DNA of 63,219 nucleotides, counting the filler, from Corallochytrium limacisporum Hawaii (Eukaryota > Protista > Pluriformea): assembly GCA_002811645.1 (NCBI GenBank). It is 5 parts of 5 records of this genome, joined end to end, with 100 filler letters (N's around TTAATTAATTAA, not from the genome) between each part and the next. Parts side by side here need not be neighbours in the genome. Positions count along the whole stretch, not along the records: positions 30,973 to 48,689 come from PDIP01000176.1; 4 more parts are not named here. One strand, given 5' to 3'. Under the pieces are notes generated by a model, which had not been told where the DNA came from, made no database searches, and was given only the letters and a program-made list of their open reading frames with translations. The position numbers and the translations under genes are program-made. Shown one piece after another: positions 33,617 to 44,852 of the stretch (the stretch's first letter is position 1; each line of letters starts with the position of its first letter).

Positions 33617-35302
33617 TCATAGCAACAAGTTCATGTCTTGTGTGTCCCACTTACGGAGGTTCTTCATGAGCCTGGACATGGTAGAGAATTGATTGTGGAA
33701 GATGTAGTCGGCGTTGATCCCCTGACAGAGATCAAAGAAAAGTTCAGCGTAGGAGTGGTCAATGCCATCAGAGCACCATTCGAATTCATCTTTGTCACCG
33801 TCCCTTACGGTGGAAGTCATGGGCTGATTCTTGCTCAGAGGCTCGGCGTTGCGCACTGCGGGGTTCACACAGAGAAGCTCAACGTCTATGTTCTCCCAGT
33901 TTGTCCCGCCTCTCTTGATAGTACAGTCTTTCTCCGTCGTCTTGGTCTCCTGGAACTGAATGGTCAGGTGAACGTTCTCTTTCTTGAGCATTGGGTCAAG
34001 TTCGCTCAGCAACCCTCTCTTCTCATCGCAACTGGCCACGGTCAGCAAGTATATGCCACCCTTACACCTGCCTTGGCCAACTTCCTGCACGATGCGGTTA
34101 GCCAGATCGACGGGTGATTGATAGCAAGTGCCTTCCCTTGGTTTGGTTTCCTTGCAGTATCTCTTAAAGTCACCCACTCGCCAGTGTATGGCGCAGGTGC
34201 TCTGCTCCGGAATGACATACTGCGCCCGCGCATTGTCATCACCGGCAGTTCCCTCCTTGTCTTGCGTCCTGAGCGCCTGTGCCAGCAAGGCCTGACGTCG
34301 CTCACCCATAGGGCACTCACCCAACGGTCCGTCCAAAACAAAGTCCAGATCACGCCACCTAAAGTTTGTGTTCAAATAGAATATCTGTTCCACGCAGAGG
34401 ACCTTCTCGGACTGATTAGCTTCCGCATACTCGTCCAGAGGCATGAGGCGCATGGCACGATTACAGGATATTGGACTATCGTACATGCCAAGATCTTCAG
34501 CCACGTCTTCCCAGTAGACGTAGCGCTTGTAGTGCGCAGGAACGAATATGTTTCTCGCGGACGGCAAGCACTTTTTGCGCATATCCTTGCGATTGACCTT
34601 CAGACCAGTTTCCGATTTGTCCCAACGCATGTAGTGCCCAGTAATGTGATTACTAAAGACTGGTGGCATGACCAGGATCCGGTTATACTTGCGAGCAAAC
34701 TGCATAGCTTTCAGGAGAGCCTTTAATTGATTACCGAAACCTCCCCAATTCCTGAATATGAGGTACTTGTTCTGAGGGTCTGTAACATTTGTGTATGGGT
34801 TGCCCTCTTGCTTGGGGATCGGTACGTCCCCGCAGGAGAGATAAACGTCGCTAACCATACAGTCATTGGGCAGGCTCTGATCAGTGGATGGTCCCTGCTT
34901 CTCTTGTGTGCTCTGATCATCAGTCGACTCCTTGCCATTAGTCGATCCTTGATTTTTGTGGGACCCCTGATCACTAGCTGACCCCTTGCCATCGGCTGAC
35001 TTTTGATCATTAGCAGATTCTTGGTCGTTGCCCGACCCCAGGTCGTCATGCAGCCTAGGGGGAGAAATGTCAGGCGGTCCCACCAATGATTTCTGCGGGT
35101 CACCTGTGAGGAGTCCAGAATTGGCAACCGTTTCCTCGAAAGATTCTTCAGTAATTCGGTGGTTCCATAGTCCCAATAAACTAGACATTAGCAGTAGAAT
35201 CACCAATAAGCCAGCACCCAGCTTCACAAGCACAGACTGCGTCAACAACATTCCCTTAGTGATCATCAACTTACACACGCCCAGTGCTCTAGGAGTGCCC
35301 AT
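33617..35302 (-). CDS. Type II membrane O-fucosyltransferase-like glycosyltransferase (GT-B, POFUT-like)
   Basis: N-terminal TM anchor, repetitive stem, GGFGNQ..L..A...NRILVMPP, AIHWRVGDF, NQFSTMS motifs. Start codon uncertain. Confidence 0.8.
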   Translation of the reverse strand: MGTPRALGVCKLMITKGMLLTQSVLVKLGAGLLVILLLMSSLLGLWNHRITEESFEETVANSGLLTGDPQKSLVGPPDISPPRLHDDLGSGNDQESANDQKSADGKGSASDQGSHKNQGSTNGKESTDDQSTQEKQGPSTDQSLPNDCMVSDVYLSCGDVPIPKQEGNPYTNVTDPQNKYLIFRNWGGFGNQLKALLKAMQFARKYNRILVMPPVFSNHITGHYMRWDKSETGLKVNRKDMRKKCLPSARNIFVPAHYKRYVYWEDVAEDLGMYDSPISCNRAMRLMPLDEYAEANQSEKVLCVEQIFYLNTNFRWRDLDFVLDGPLGECPMGERRQALLAQALRTQDKEGTAGDDNARAQYVIPEQSTCAIHWRVGDFKRYCKETKPREGTCYQSPVDLANRIVQEVGQGRCKGGIYLLTVASCDEKRGLLSELDPMLKKENVHLTIQFQETKTTEKDCTIKRGGTNWENIDVELLCVNPAVRNAEPLSKNQPMTSTVRDGDKDEFEWCSDGIDHSYAELFFDLCQGINADYIFHNQFSTMSRLMKNLRKWDTQDMNLLL

Positions 35303-36659
35303 CAGACCGGTGTTGAAATGCAACTTAGTAATTTATACGTTGCGGAGACATGATTCCAAGCGTTCCAAAGACTGTGTCAGCAACGGTTACTCTGCGTCGC
35401 TCTGTGGCGAGTACGGAATCTTCGAGTGCTCGTTTCAGCTTGGACATTCATAACGTGGCCAAGGGCAAGTCTCCTCCAGGTGTCCATGTCCCGGCTTTCC
35501 CCTCCGAGGCCCCCCCCTACCCGCAATTTCCCGGTGGGGAATTCAATGTCGAAATGTGTCCTCGTCCCGATCCCTTTTGTCCTTCGTTGCCCTGATTGCG
35601 GTTTATTGCTCCTGTAATTTTACTCGCGGACTCGCCTGCTTCCCCTCTGTCCGCTGTAAACGATGCACAGATTTTTCCAAAACGACGACACATTCGTGCC
35701 AGAGGGGCATTCCAGGACGAAAAGACCAAGCCATATTCAGCTCTCCAGTCCTTCTAGTCTCCTTCGCCCTGCACCCTTGCGACAATTTCAGCATCCTCAA
35801 TTGCACTGACACTTTCATCTTCAACAAAGCAGACATCACTGCACACATTCTTAAGCGGAGGGCCTTACGTTCACTCATAGATAGTTTGCCCATATCACCG
35901 CGATGTTTCTCATGCCACGGGTATTGTTAGCAGTTTCTAGGGCTCACCAAGACTGTGCGCGCGATGGGTGAGGTTGCTGACCGGTCCCAAAACTCCCAGA
36001 TTTTCGAAAGTTTCTGAGGGGAAGGTAGGACTGATTCGTCAAGATGACGCAAACCTGAACGCCACATAGGGGAATTTTTCAAGTGGGGCTCTGATATGTT
36101 CGCATATGAGATTCTCAGCATGTGCGAAACCCACCTCCTGCATGCTGGGAAGGAACACATACCACCTGCCCAAGCAATAAATCTCGCCGCGAGACCCAAA
36201 TCTTGAAACCTATGGAAAGCCATGGAATCCAAAGCCAGCATGAGGGTGAGGCAGACTGTTCGACGGGGCCCCATACGCACACTGAAGTTCAACGGGTCCT
36301 GCCGCCTCACAACATTACCATAACGTGCTCGAAAGGATCCGATCGCACAGACTACTTAACCCGAAATAGTCGCTTCTAACTGAGTATCGGGAAAAGAGGG
36401 TCCTTCATTTTCATATCAATAGTACGAGATTTAATATCAATAGTAGGAGATTCCAGTCTAAAGAGGAAATGGTAGGTAACCAAGAGCGGGAGTCTCACCT
36501 GCCTTCCGCCACTACATGTAAAGGCCGAGCGATGAAACTTCACACTGGGTGATGGTCTCGGTACATGAGCACATGGATTAATTTGATCCCTAAATGCCGT
36601 CGATAGCTACAGTACGTTAGTGAAAACCGAACATTTACGTTGGATGTCACTGCTTCATC

Positions 36660-37265
36660 TCATCTGCCGTCCAGTCTTGTCGGCCTTGCTCGTGGGTGGA
36701 AGGTAAACGTATCGGCAAGAATGCCCTGCATGTCATCGTTGACCTTGATTCCGAGCGTTTCCATACGGTTCAGGGTATCGATAGAGATGTTCACCTTGTT
36801 TCTACTGTTGCAAAACCAGAGATAGTGATTGAAGGCATCCTGCAGAACCTGCTGCTGAGTCTCTGTCGGATCGGAGAAGCAGTGATCAGATGTGCCCGCG
36901 ACCATGGCCGGATGTCTTGTCTCTGCATTCCCAGGTTGATGTAGCTGGTTGATGAAGGGTTCTAGTACATGAGGCACTGCCTGTGCAAGGCCCACACCGT
37001 CTGTCTGTTCGCAAGCTCGGTACAATGCGTCAAAATGGCCGTTGTTCAGGGTACCCAGGTCCACCTTCCCCACGTTATCCTTCCACCATGTCAGCAATCC
37101 AGGCGCTTCTCCGTCCTCAAGCATTGCCTCAAATTCCATAATTGTTGGGACAGTAAAATCACTGATATTGACAAAGTTTCTTATCCAAGGAGTGACCATG
37201 CTGCGTCCCGTCACAATCTGTCCGATTGAACGAGATTTGCTGCTCGCAAGCCATACCCGGAACAT
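36660..37265 (-). CDS. Hypothetical protein, possible mitochondrial presequence
   Basis: 201-aa ATG ORF with protein-like composition and Arg/Ser-rich, acid-free N-terminus; no family recognised. Confidence 0.6.
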   Translation of the reverse strand: MFRVWLASSKSRSIGQIVTGRSMVTPWIRNFVNISDFTVPTIMEFEAMLEDGEAPGLLTWWKDNVGKVDLGTLNNGHFDALYRACEQTDGVGLAQAVPHVLEPFINQLHQPGNAETRHPAMVAGTSDHCFSDPTETQQQVLQDAFNHYLWFCNSRNKVNISIDTLNRMETLGIKVNDDMQGILADTFTFHPRARPTRLDGR

Positions 37266-37524
37266 TCTATTATTCCATCTGTGTTAAATTTATGGTCAGT
37301 TCAAATTGCGAACATGCATGTCTTCTAGGCAGGTTAACGGTTCGAAAACTGTGCGCTTGGTTGAAGTAGCCGTTCATGTATTTCCATAACTGCCGGAACA
37401 ACCGCTCCGTAGAATCGAAGGTGGGTAGGGTTTTCTGCCCCTCCCTCCCGTCCGGCACGGTCTGCTACAGGGAGAGTACCACAGTACCACTGCAGGAACA
37501 AAATGGGAAGGGGAACCCTCCCAT

Positions 37525-38799
37525 TCAATCTAACGCGTCGCCCGTTTGCGTACCGGTCTTGTAGCAGACAATGTCGCAGACATTCGGTGTGATGGTGGCG
37601 TCTTCGGCCAGATCCTTGCCGTCTGCACCTATACAGCTGACATAGTTCTTCTCCAGATCCTCACTGAGCATTCCCGCAAGGCGCCGGACTGTTGTACCAG
37701 GGGGTACGAGCATGCAGTCGCGGAAGACCAGACCTGACTTGTCGTTCGCCCCAAAGTTTGCGATGCTACGCACAATGTAGACAGGGATCCAGCCTTTGAT
37801 GTCTACCGCTCGCACAATTGCATCATAGCATCCTGTGCCGCTGTAGCGGAACAGGATCAAATCACGAATTCGATCCAGGCGCTTTCGGTTCTTGTCGTCG
37901 ATCGGCTTGAGGTCTTTGTAATCAAGATCATCCTCTGTCAGCTCGTCCTTGGTGGCAAAGTCCGGATCTCCTTCCAAGTATTTAACATAGCCTTGTTTTC
38001 GTAACTTACGGAGGTACGCCTCGGCGAGGGCAGAGGTCAAGACGATTCGATCATTGTCGTAACGCGCAAACATCTTCTCAATGTTTTTGTCCGCTCCCTC
38101 CAGATCGATTTTGTTCAGCACAATCACCGTCGGGAACTTGTGGGCGACAAAGACCTTCACAAACTTTGCGACATCCTCTTTCTCCCAGTCCTTGAGTGGC
38201 TTACCCATCTTCGCCTTGTCTAGTGTGGCCTGACAGTCCTTTTCTGTGGCACCGTAACCGGACAATTGCTGTACGAGAGTGAGCGCCTCATCACTATTGT
38301 TCGCCGATGTGTGCCGCCGTACGATGGAACCCCAACGTTTATCTAAATTGTTGTAAATCCAGGCACATATCTCTCCGTCAAGCCAATCAACGTCATTGCT
38401 GGGATCATAACCGATCGTCTCCTCCCCCTTCTGGGTCGTGGTTCCCGAAACATCTACAATGTGCATAAGCACGTCCGCGTGGCGCAGGTCGTCTAAGAAT
38501 TTGTTGCCTAACCCTTCCCCCTCACTTGCTCCAGGTACTAGCCCAGCAACATCGAGTACTTTAACGGGAATGTAACGTGTGCCATTCTCACACCGGCCGT
38601 AGCGGGGTCCACATACCGACTCCTTACCGAAACGCTTGCATGCACAGTCGACGCGGTAGAAAGAGACCCCCGTATTCGGCTCAATCGTAGTGAAAGGGTA
38701 GTTTCCCACCTTTGCCTGGGCATCGGTCACCGCGTTCAGGAACGAGGACTTACCGGCGGACGGTTTGCCTACGCATGCAATTAGAAGTTCCTTTGGCAT
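37525..38799 (-). CDS. YGR210C: Obg-family GTPase, YGR210C type
   Basis: [25 protein letters not shown], Cys-rich insert (CAC...CGPRYGRC), [26 protein letters not shown]. Confidence 0.92.
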   Translation of the reverse strand: MPKELLIACVGKPSAGKSSFLNAVTDAQAKVGNYPFTTIEPNTGVSFYRVDCACKRFGKESVCGPRYGRCENGTRYIPVKVLDVAGLVPGASEGEGLGNKFLDDLRHADVLMHIVDVSGTTTQKGEETIGYDPSNDVDWLDGEICAWIYNNLDKRWGSIVRRHTSANNSDEALTLVQQLSGYGATEKDCQATLDKAKMGKPLKDWEKEDVAKFVKVFVAHKFPTVIVLNKIDLEGADKNIEKMFARYDNDRIVLTSALAEAYLRKLRKQGYVKYLEGDPDFATKDELTEDDLDYKDLKPIDDKNRKRLDRIRDLILFRYSGTGCYDAIVRAVDIKGWIPVYIVRSIANFGANDKSGLVFRDCMLVPPGTTVRRLAGMLSEDLEKNYVSCIGADGKDLAEDATITPNVCDIVCYKTGTQTGDALD

Positions 38800-39459
38800 T
38801 TCCTTCTTTCTGTCCACAGCGTGTCAAGATGGCTGAATGTCTAGCTTTACATGATCACCAGGTTGGTCGGTACTGTTTGCATTTCACAGTATTTACACAA
38901 TGTACATTCGCGGTGCCCTTATGAGCGCAGTTGTTTTGGAGAGGAATTTGATTCTAATCAAGCCAAGAACACCAAACAAATAGCACATTGGAAGCAAGCC
39001 TGACAAGTGTCTTGGCTGTGGGTCCCTGATCTTGGCACCACCCACCGTGCCCCTCCCGTCCCCGTGGCGTCTCCCTCTCCCCACCCCCCTCCCTCCATGG
39101 GCCCGCGGTTTTCCGAATACAGGCCCCAGTGGAGGCCCCCCATAACTGGCGGGTCTCCAAGGGAGGTGTTGGGAATGTAAATGAAAAACAATGGAGAAGT
39201 CCGGAGCCTGTTCCTTTTCACTGCTTGTCTTATTTCGTTGACCTCATCATGTTCACTTATGGAATAAACAATAAACGTAGAAGAGAAAGCTTACGGCACA
39301 CTCTGCATTTTTGTTTCGGGAGTTCACTGACAAGACCGGGAAATGATTGGGAGATGACGTACAAAGAGAATGATTCGGAAGGGCATGACAAGACGTTGAG
39401 GCAACGGAGAGCCATCACTGTTGTACTTAGTGTAAATAATTAGAAATTAACAGAAAGTT

Positions 39460-42030
39460 ATGAGCAATCCAAGCTTGGCGGACGAAGCCGCCCTCAAGCC
39501 CACTGGATCACAGGCCAGCTTAGGATCTGTCAGCGGAGTCGCCCGCCGAAGCAGTACACGGAGAGGAGGCAGCGATATTCTTGTTCGGATCCTGTTCCAG
39601 GGAAAGGGTGTATTGCTATTTGTGGCGAACACGAAGGAGACAGGCAAGGAACTGTTTTCTATGGCATGTCAGGCCCTCGGCATCTTTGAAGATTGGTACT
39701 TTTCTCTCTATGTGAGGCCGAGGGGTAGCACAAAACTAAGCGGGGACCGCCGTTGGTTGCTGTTGGACCGCTCTTTAGGAAGTCAGATCAATGCAGACAC
39801 ACCATACGCTAGTCAAGTTCCATTGTCCAGCCTTAATGAGGAGGCGTACGCAAATCCTTCAGAACTGAAAAAGGTGGTCATGGGCAGCATGGCAGATTCA
39901 GCTCAGCAGGCCCGTGCCATGCAAGACGCCAGCTTTGACTCTCTCCCGGACATGACGTCAATGAACAAAAGTAGGAGCACAGAACAACTGTTTCAGAAAT
40001 TGAAGTCGGAGGGTCAATTGCATCCGGATGTGGACCTGAGCAGAATGCGCGAACTGAACCTGTCGCTGGAACTCGTGACAATGCCAGTTGTCTTTGACGA
40101 TGTGATCCAGACCGCCACTCTGGAGTACATCTACGGTATTGTAGTTGACGGATTGCTGACTCGCAAGCGTGCCCAACGTCTACCCCTCCACATTTTGCTT
40201 GAGGTGATCGGTCTGCGTCGGTACATTGGGTGGGGCCACTACCAAGAGGAAATGTACCACAATCCCTTTGGGGATTCGAACTCTGTCTACTATGAGGCAC
40301 CTGGTACTCCGTTGGAGGCGCCGCAGCTGCCAGAGGAAAGCATGCCACAGCGCAAGAGCGATAGTCGGAGGAAGACAGTCAGATCCCCGGTCTACGAAGA
40401 GCTGCCACGGGAGGACACCGGGGACGAGGCTGAGGAATTTGATTCGGCGAAAGGGGACGACGAAGAATCCCTGGCAACAACGCCGCAGCCTGTAATAACA
40501 GCCGCCAACAACACAAGGACTGCACCGGCGAAGCTAGACTCCCCTCAAGGGGACCGAAGATTTGACTGGAGCGTACCGAATAGCCCAGGACATCTTGACA
40601 GTCCCGGACGAATGGGCAGTCCGACCCGTACCCGCAACCTGAGCTCGGAAGGCCTCATGAATCTTGGCATTGACGACACTTTTGAGAAAGAAATGCAGGA
40701 AAGATGCGCCAAGGCCCGCAAGGAACTGAAGCGGCCCCACCGTCTGATGCCCAGGTACATGATCGATGTAACGGCGGCAGGAATCAGTGCTGAAGTGGCA
40801 GAAAAGATTCTCGACAAATACCGCAGCGGTCGGCGCCATACCGGAGACAGTGACACACCGAACCCAAAGAGTGGGGCAGCCGTTTACCTTTGGACAGATC
40901 TCGTAGAAGAAGTGCACGCGGCGATCGAGTCGGAGACCAAGGAGCAGGTCATGATGAAGATCTTGGAGAAGATGCGACCATACTTTGATATGCCGTATCA
41001 TAACTTCACGGCTTGGACAGAGCAAAACAAGCCTATTCGATTTTACATTGATTCGGAGCGTATTGAGCTATTTGCACGTGAAGTTTTACCGGCAGATGCG
41101 GAGGCAGATGAGAAGCTGCGCACAGGTAAGGGCAAGAATTTAGAATTCCGCCGGCCCTTGACTTTGGACAATCCGAACGACTATGGTTTCCTCAGTTTGG
41201 ACTTCAAGGCCCTTAAAAAGGCTACCCGGGACGACCGTCTAGTTCAATTTGAGTTCGAGGCAGGTGCAGTATCCAAGATGGGCATTACCTTTGTGGACGA
41301 GGTGGCTGCCATCGAGGTATACCAGCTGGTCCAGCTCCTGCACAGACCCATGCGCATCCTCATGGCGGACCCACCCGCGGGTGAGATCACTGTAATGCGG
41401 GCCCAGGCACAGGTTAGCAACCGCCGCAAGCAGCTCGAATGGTTCTCTTTCTTGGACAGCCGCCGCGCTCGCAAGAACCACGAAGACCAGCGCCATACAC
41501 TGTCGCAAGATCGCGAGCGTCGCATGATCCGCATTCGCAAGATGCGAGGAGAGTTCAAGACTGTCCACAAAGAGGTCAAGCCTCTGTCAGAGGAGGCCAT
41601 TCAGAGTAATGAAGAGATGGTCGAGTGCTTGAAGAATCTTCTGGAACGTAATCGCCTTTGCAGGGATGCAATTGAGCACCGTTTGAAACTGCTGGAACAG
41701 ATGAAGGACGTTGGTGATGATACCAACCAGAAGCTTGCCAAGTTCTACAACGAGCGCCTTACCCATGCGCGTCAAGCCCGTCTTGCCCTGCCTGGCTCCG
41801 ACTCCGAGGGCAGCGATGACGATGAAGATGCAGATCGTGAGGAGGAGACCTTCGATCAAATCCGCGAGCGTTTCATGACTGAGAACGAGAGTCTGACCCA
41901 CGACGTCTCGACTCTTCGAAACCGAGCTATTGAGCTCGGTGGACAGCTTGAACTCCAAGAGGACAAGTTGAAATCATTCCATGAGGGCCGAGAACGCCTT
42001 GGAGATGCTCTCAATAACGACAAATCGTAA
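39460..42030 (+). CDS. Divergent FERM-like protein with C-terminal coiled coil
   Basis: FERM-N-like segment (TGKELFSMACQALGIFEDWYFSLY...WLLLDRSL), PH-like segment near aa 510-630, coiled-coil/acidic C-terminus. Confidence 0.75.
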   Translation: MSNPSLADEAALKPTGSQASLGSVSGVARRSSTRRGGSDILVRILFQGKGVLLFVANTKETGKELFSMACQALGIFEDWYFSLYVRPRGSTKLSGDRRWLLLDRSLGSQINADTPYASQVPLSSLNEEAYANPSELKKVVMGSMADSAQQARAMQDASFDSLPDMTSMNKSRSTEQLFQKLKSEGQLHPDVDLSRMRELNLSLELVTMPVVFDDVIQTATLEYIYGIVVDGLLTRKRAQRLPLHILLEVIGLRRYIGWGHYQEEMYHNPFGDSNSVYYEAPGTPLEAPQLPEESMPQRKSDSRRKTVRSPVYEELPREDTGDEAEEFDSAKGDDEESLATTPQPVITAANNTRTAPAKLDSPQGDRRFDWSVPNSPGHLDSPGRMGSPTRTRNLSSEGLMNLGIDDTFEKEMQERCAKARKELKRPHRLMPRYMIDVTAAGISAEVAEKILDKYRSGRRHTGDSDTPNPKSGAAVYLWTDLVEEVHAAIESETKEQVMMKILEKMRPYFDMPYHNFTAWTEQNKPIRFYIDSERIELFAREVLPADAEADEKLRTGKGKNLEFRRPLTLDNPNDYGFLSLDFKALKKATRDDRLVQFEFEAGAVSKMGITFVDEVAAIEVYQLVQLLHRPMRILMADPPAGEITVMRAQAQVSNRRKQLEWFSFLDSRRARKNHEDQRHTLSQDRERRMIRIRKMRGEFKTVHKEVKPLSEEAIQSNEEMVECLKNLLERNRLCRDAIEHRLKLLEQMKDVGDDTNQKLAKFYNERLTHARQARLALPGSDSEGSDDDEDADREEETFDQIRERFMTENESLTHDVSTLRNRAIELGGQLELQEDKLKSFHEGRERLGDALNNDKS

Positions 42031-42659
42031 ACCATTTGTGGTCGTAATAGAAAATCTAAGACTCTTGTTAATTTCCAATCACCCCAAATTTCAGGCCGTG
42101 TTGCACGTCTCGCCACTAAGCCCGCCCCGCTTGCATTGGCCAGCAAAACAAGAAAAAAAAAACAAACACCGGTGGAAATATGACCCCGACTTCCTATACT
42201 GAGGCTCCGCCAGGCAACAGGTAGAGTTGGTAAGAGACATCGGGAGAGATTAGAGGAACCTCCACTCCCCTCCTCCCGGAGGGGGGGGGGACTTGAGGGA
42301 AAAGCAAGGGGCGGAACCGGCCAAAATCTATGCCATTTTGGGCCACTGATCGGGGTCACCAACTTTTGGACGAGTTCGGACACGGTTGTTCCACCCAGTC
42401 CGTCAGGCGACCCTCAGCTCTTGCAGAATTGGTTCAGCAGGTACATACGAGACAACTGCCTGGATGTACAAAGGTACAGTGTGTTAGAAGGTAAACCTAG
42501 ACAACCTAGCAAATCGAGTCAATGGAAGCAAGTACTCATTCGTTATGGTGCCATAGAGGCGAGCGTAAAGATCTACCGAAGAGCAGCCCAAGCTGAGCAC
42601 TTAGCACTAAGCACACACCAATTCAGTTTCTATCAGGGCTTATTCAACTCATTAGCAAG

Positions 42660-44579
42660 ATGGCTACCATGACAGTCATTCCTGTCCGCTTTCGAGCGGA
42701 CGAGAAGTACCGAAAACAAGTGAGTGATCACTACGCAGCACTGGGAGGAGACGAAGTGACGAAGTATCTCGAAATTCCGTGCTTCAGTTGGGAAAGAAAG
42801 AAGCCTCGTGATGCATACACAGCCATGTCTAGGGGTACGATATATCAACATCAAGTTCCAAACGGTGACGACGATCCATTCTACTATGAAGGACGGTTAG
42901 GGTATTTTACGTACTTCCAGATTTTAGTGTCTACCTTCTTTCTTCTACCAATCTGGAGGGCACTTGTGGCAGTCGGAGGGTTCAGCATAGGATCACTCCT
43001 TGTACTGACAGGGGATCTGCTGTACCCAAACAATGACCAGGAACGGAGAAATAGCAACTCAAGCAGGGAAGGCTCAACGGAAGGTCCGACCAAGCTCCGG
43101 CAGCCACCACAAGGAGGTAACTCTACCGCCCTGAGTATGAAGGCTCAGGACTTTTTCTGGGAATTGGCGCACCCTATATCCCGATTCATGCTGGCTTGCA
43201 TGGGCGTCTGGAACTTTACAGTGCAGTACCCGGAGTATGTTGGAGTGGAGAAGCCGCCGGTGGCACAGATCGTGACCGCAAATCACATTGCGCTAATCGA
43301 TGGTTTGCTGCTGGTCATGATGATGCGGCTCACCGGGGTGGCGAAAACCGAAGTTTTTGGCACCCCAGGTGCGGGCTACCTTATCAAGCAAACGAATTGG
43401 CTGGCGGTTAATCGCAGCGACCGGGAATCAGCCACGAGAGTTAGCGAGGCAATCAAGCACCGCGCCACAGCCCCGCGCGGATCTTTCAGTCCGCTTCTGA
43501 TCTTTCCTGCGGGTACTACGCATTCCCAAAACACACAACTGGCCTGGAAGCTAGGTGCCTTCCTTCCCGGTGAGCCTGTGCAACCAATTTGTATACGCTA
43601 TTGCACATCGGACGTCGATGTTACGTTCAATGGCGATGGTGATGGTGCAGTCGGGCAGTGGCGTCTGTTTGGACAATGGTGGACGAACGTTGAGATTACC
43701 CTCTTGCCTGTATACTTCCCATCCGAGGAGGAGAAAAAGGATGCTCACTTGTTTGCTCAGAACGTGCGTACAGAAATGGTCAGGCACATGGAACCGCACT
43801 GCGTTAATGTGGATCAGAGTCTGGACGATATGACGGTCTTCACAGCAATACAACACGACGACTTCAACTGCGAGTGCACGGGCAATATTGTCCTCTCTAA
43901 GCTGCGTGACCAGTATGGACCGGAATTCAACAAGCATCTCTGCATCGAGCTGGCAAAGTATTACCGACTGCTGTCTTGCAACCGTCCATCAATCAGCCTC
44001 GGCAATTGGCGAAGAGGTTTCGGGTGCACCTGCTTCGCCGTGGGAATGACCAAGGCCAATAGTAGGGAACAGCACAAGACTCATTTGCACATAGACCGCC
44101 TGTACGACATGCTGGCCAAAGACCAGAACAAAGGCGGGGTAAATTTTGGCGCCTTCGTGCATGGGATGCTCGGGCTATCCGAAAAATTCGGCTCGTCAGA
44201 TGGCAGCGCGAGCCGTGCGGGCATGGTCCATCGCATGCTCCAGGCCAATGCCAGCAGTGACGGCAGCTGCGATGGACAGGAATTGGCAAGGTATATTCTG
44301 GAACAGTTGCAAACCTTACCGAAGCCGCCAAAGAATGTCGATCTCAGTGATCTGACCAGCGGACGCGTGAGGGACGAAGTCAGTTTTGTGGCGAATGTGG
44401 GCATCGAAACACTGCGTTATGCATGCATGGCAATGGATGGCATCTGCAGCCAGCTCGCCACGGACCGCAAACAGCGACCGAAGGCAATCTTCAATCTACA
44501 GTTGGTAGATGAAATTATGGAAATCAAGGCCCGACCACCGAAGCCCGGTGAGGAAAAGGCCAAGGCCAAGAACGTGTGA
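42660..44579 (+). CDS. LPCAT: Lysophospholipid acyltransferase (LPCAT1/2-like, PlsC domain) with degenerate EF-hand-like tail
   Basis: ANHIALIDG (HX4D), LLIFPAGTT, GAFLPGEPVQPICIRY, LPVYFPSEEEKKDAHLFAQNVR; EF-like DQNKGGVNFGAF. Confidence 0.88.
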   Translation: MATMTVIPVRFRADEKYRKQVSDHYAALGGDEVTKYLEIPCFSWERKKPRDAYTAMSRGTIYQHQVPNGDDDPFYYEGRLGYFTYFQILVSTFFLLPIWRALVAVGGFSIGSLLVLTGDLLYPNNDQERRNSNSSREGSTEGPTKLRQPPQGGNSTALSMKAQDFFWELAHPISRFMLACMGVWNFTVQYPEYVGVEKPPVAQIVTANHIALIDGLLLVMMMRLTGVAKTEVFGTPGAGYLIKQTNWLAVNRSDRESATRVSEAIKHRATAPRGSFSPLLIFPAGTTHSQNTQLAWKLGAFLPGEPVQPICIRYCTSDVDVTFNGDGDGAVGQWRLFGQWWTNVEITLLPVYFPSEEEKKDAHLFAQNVRTEMVRHMEPHCVNVDQSLDDMTVFTAIQHDDFNCECTGNIVLSKLRDQYGPEFNKHLCIELAKYYRLLSCNRPSISLGNWRRGFGCTCFAVGMTKANSREQHKTHLHIDRLYDMLAKDQNKGGVNFGAFVHGMLGLSEKFGSSDGSASRAGMVHRMLQANASSDGSCDGQELARYILEQLQTLPKPPKNVDLSDLTSGRVRDEVSFVANVGIETLRYACMAMDGICSQLATDRKQRPKAIFNLQLVDEIMEIKARPPKPGEEKAKAKNV

Positions 44580-44852
44580 GGAAACACATTGTTACGGAGA
44601 ATGCCGGCGACATGCACGCAAGCACTAGGAGTAGTCAAAAGACATCAATGAGACAATATTAAATCAAAAGACTTCAAAGCATTTTTGTTCTTTACAATTG
44701 TACACCTATAGTTGTTGAACCGACCGTGGTCAGGGAAACTTATGGAACTGCTGCCGACCCTGATCAGTGCGATGTGTCTTTCGTATCTCCGAATAGAGTC
44801 TTCCATTTCTGCGGGTTTTGTTTTGTTCATTTTTTTTGTCAAATCAAACAGT

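Noticed and set aside
35603-36310. Two minus-strand ORFs (96 and 127 aa)
   Set aside because: No motif or convincing coding signature; no credible exon join found.
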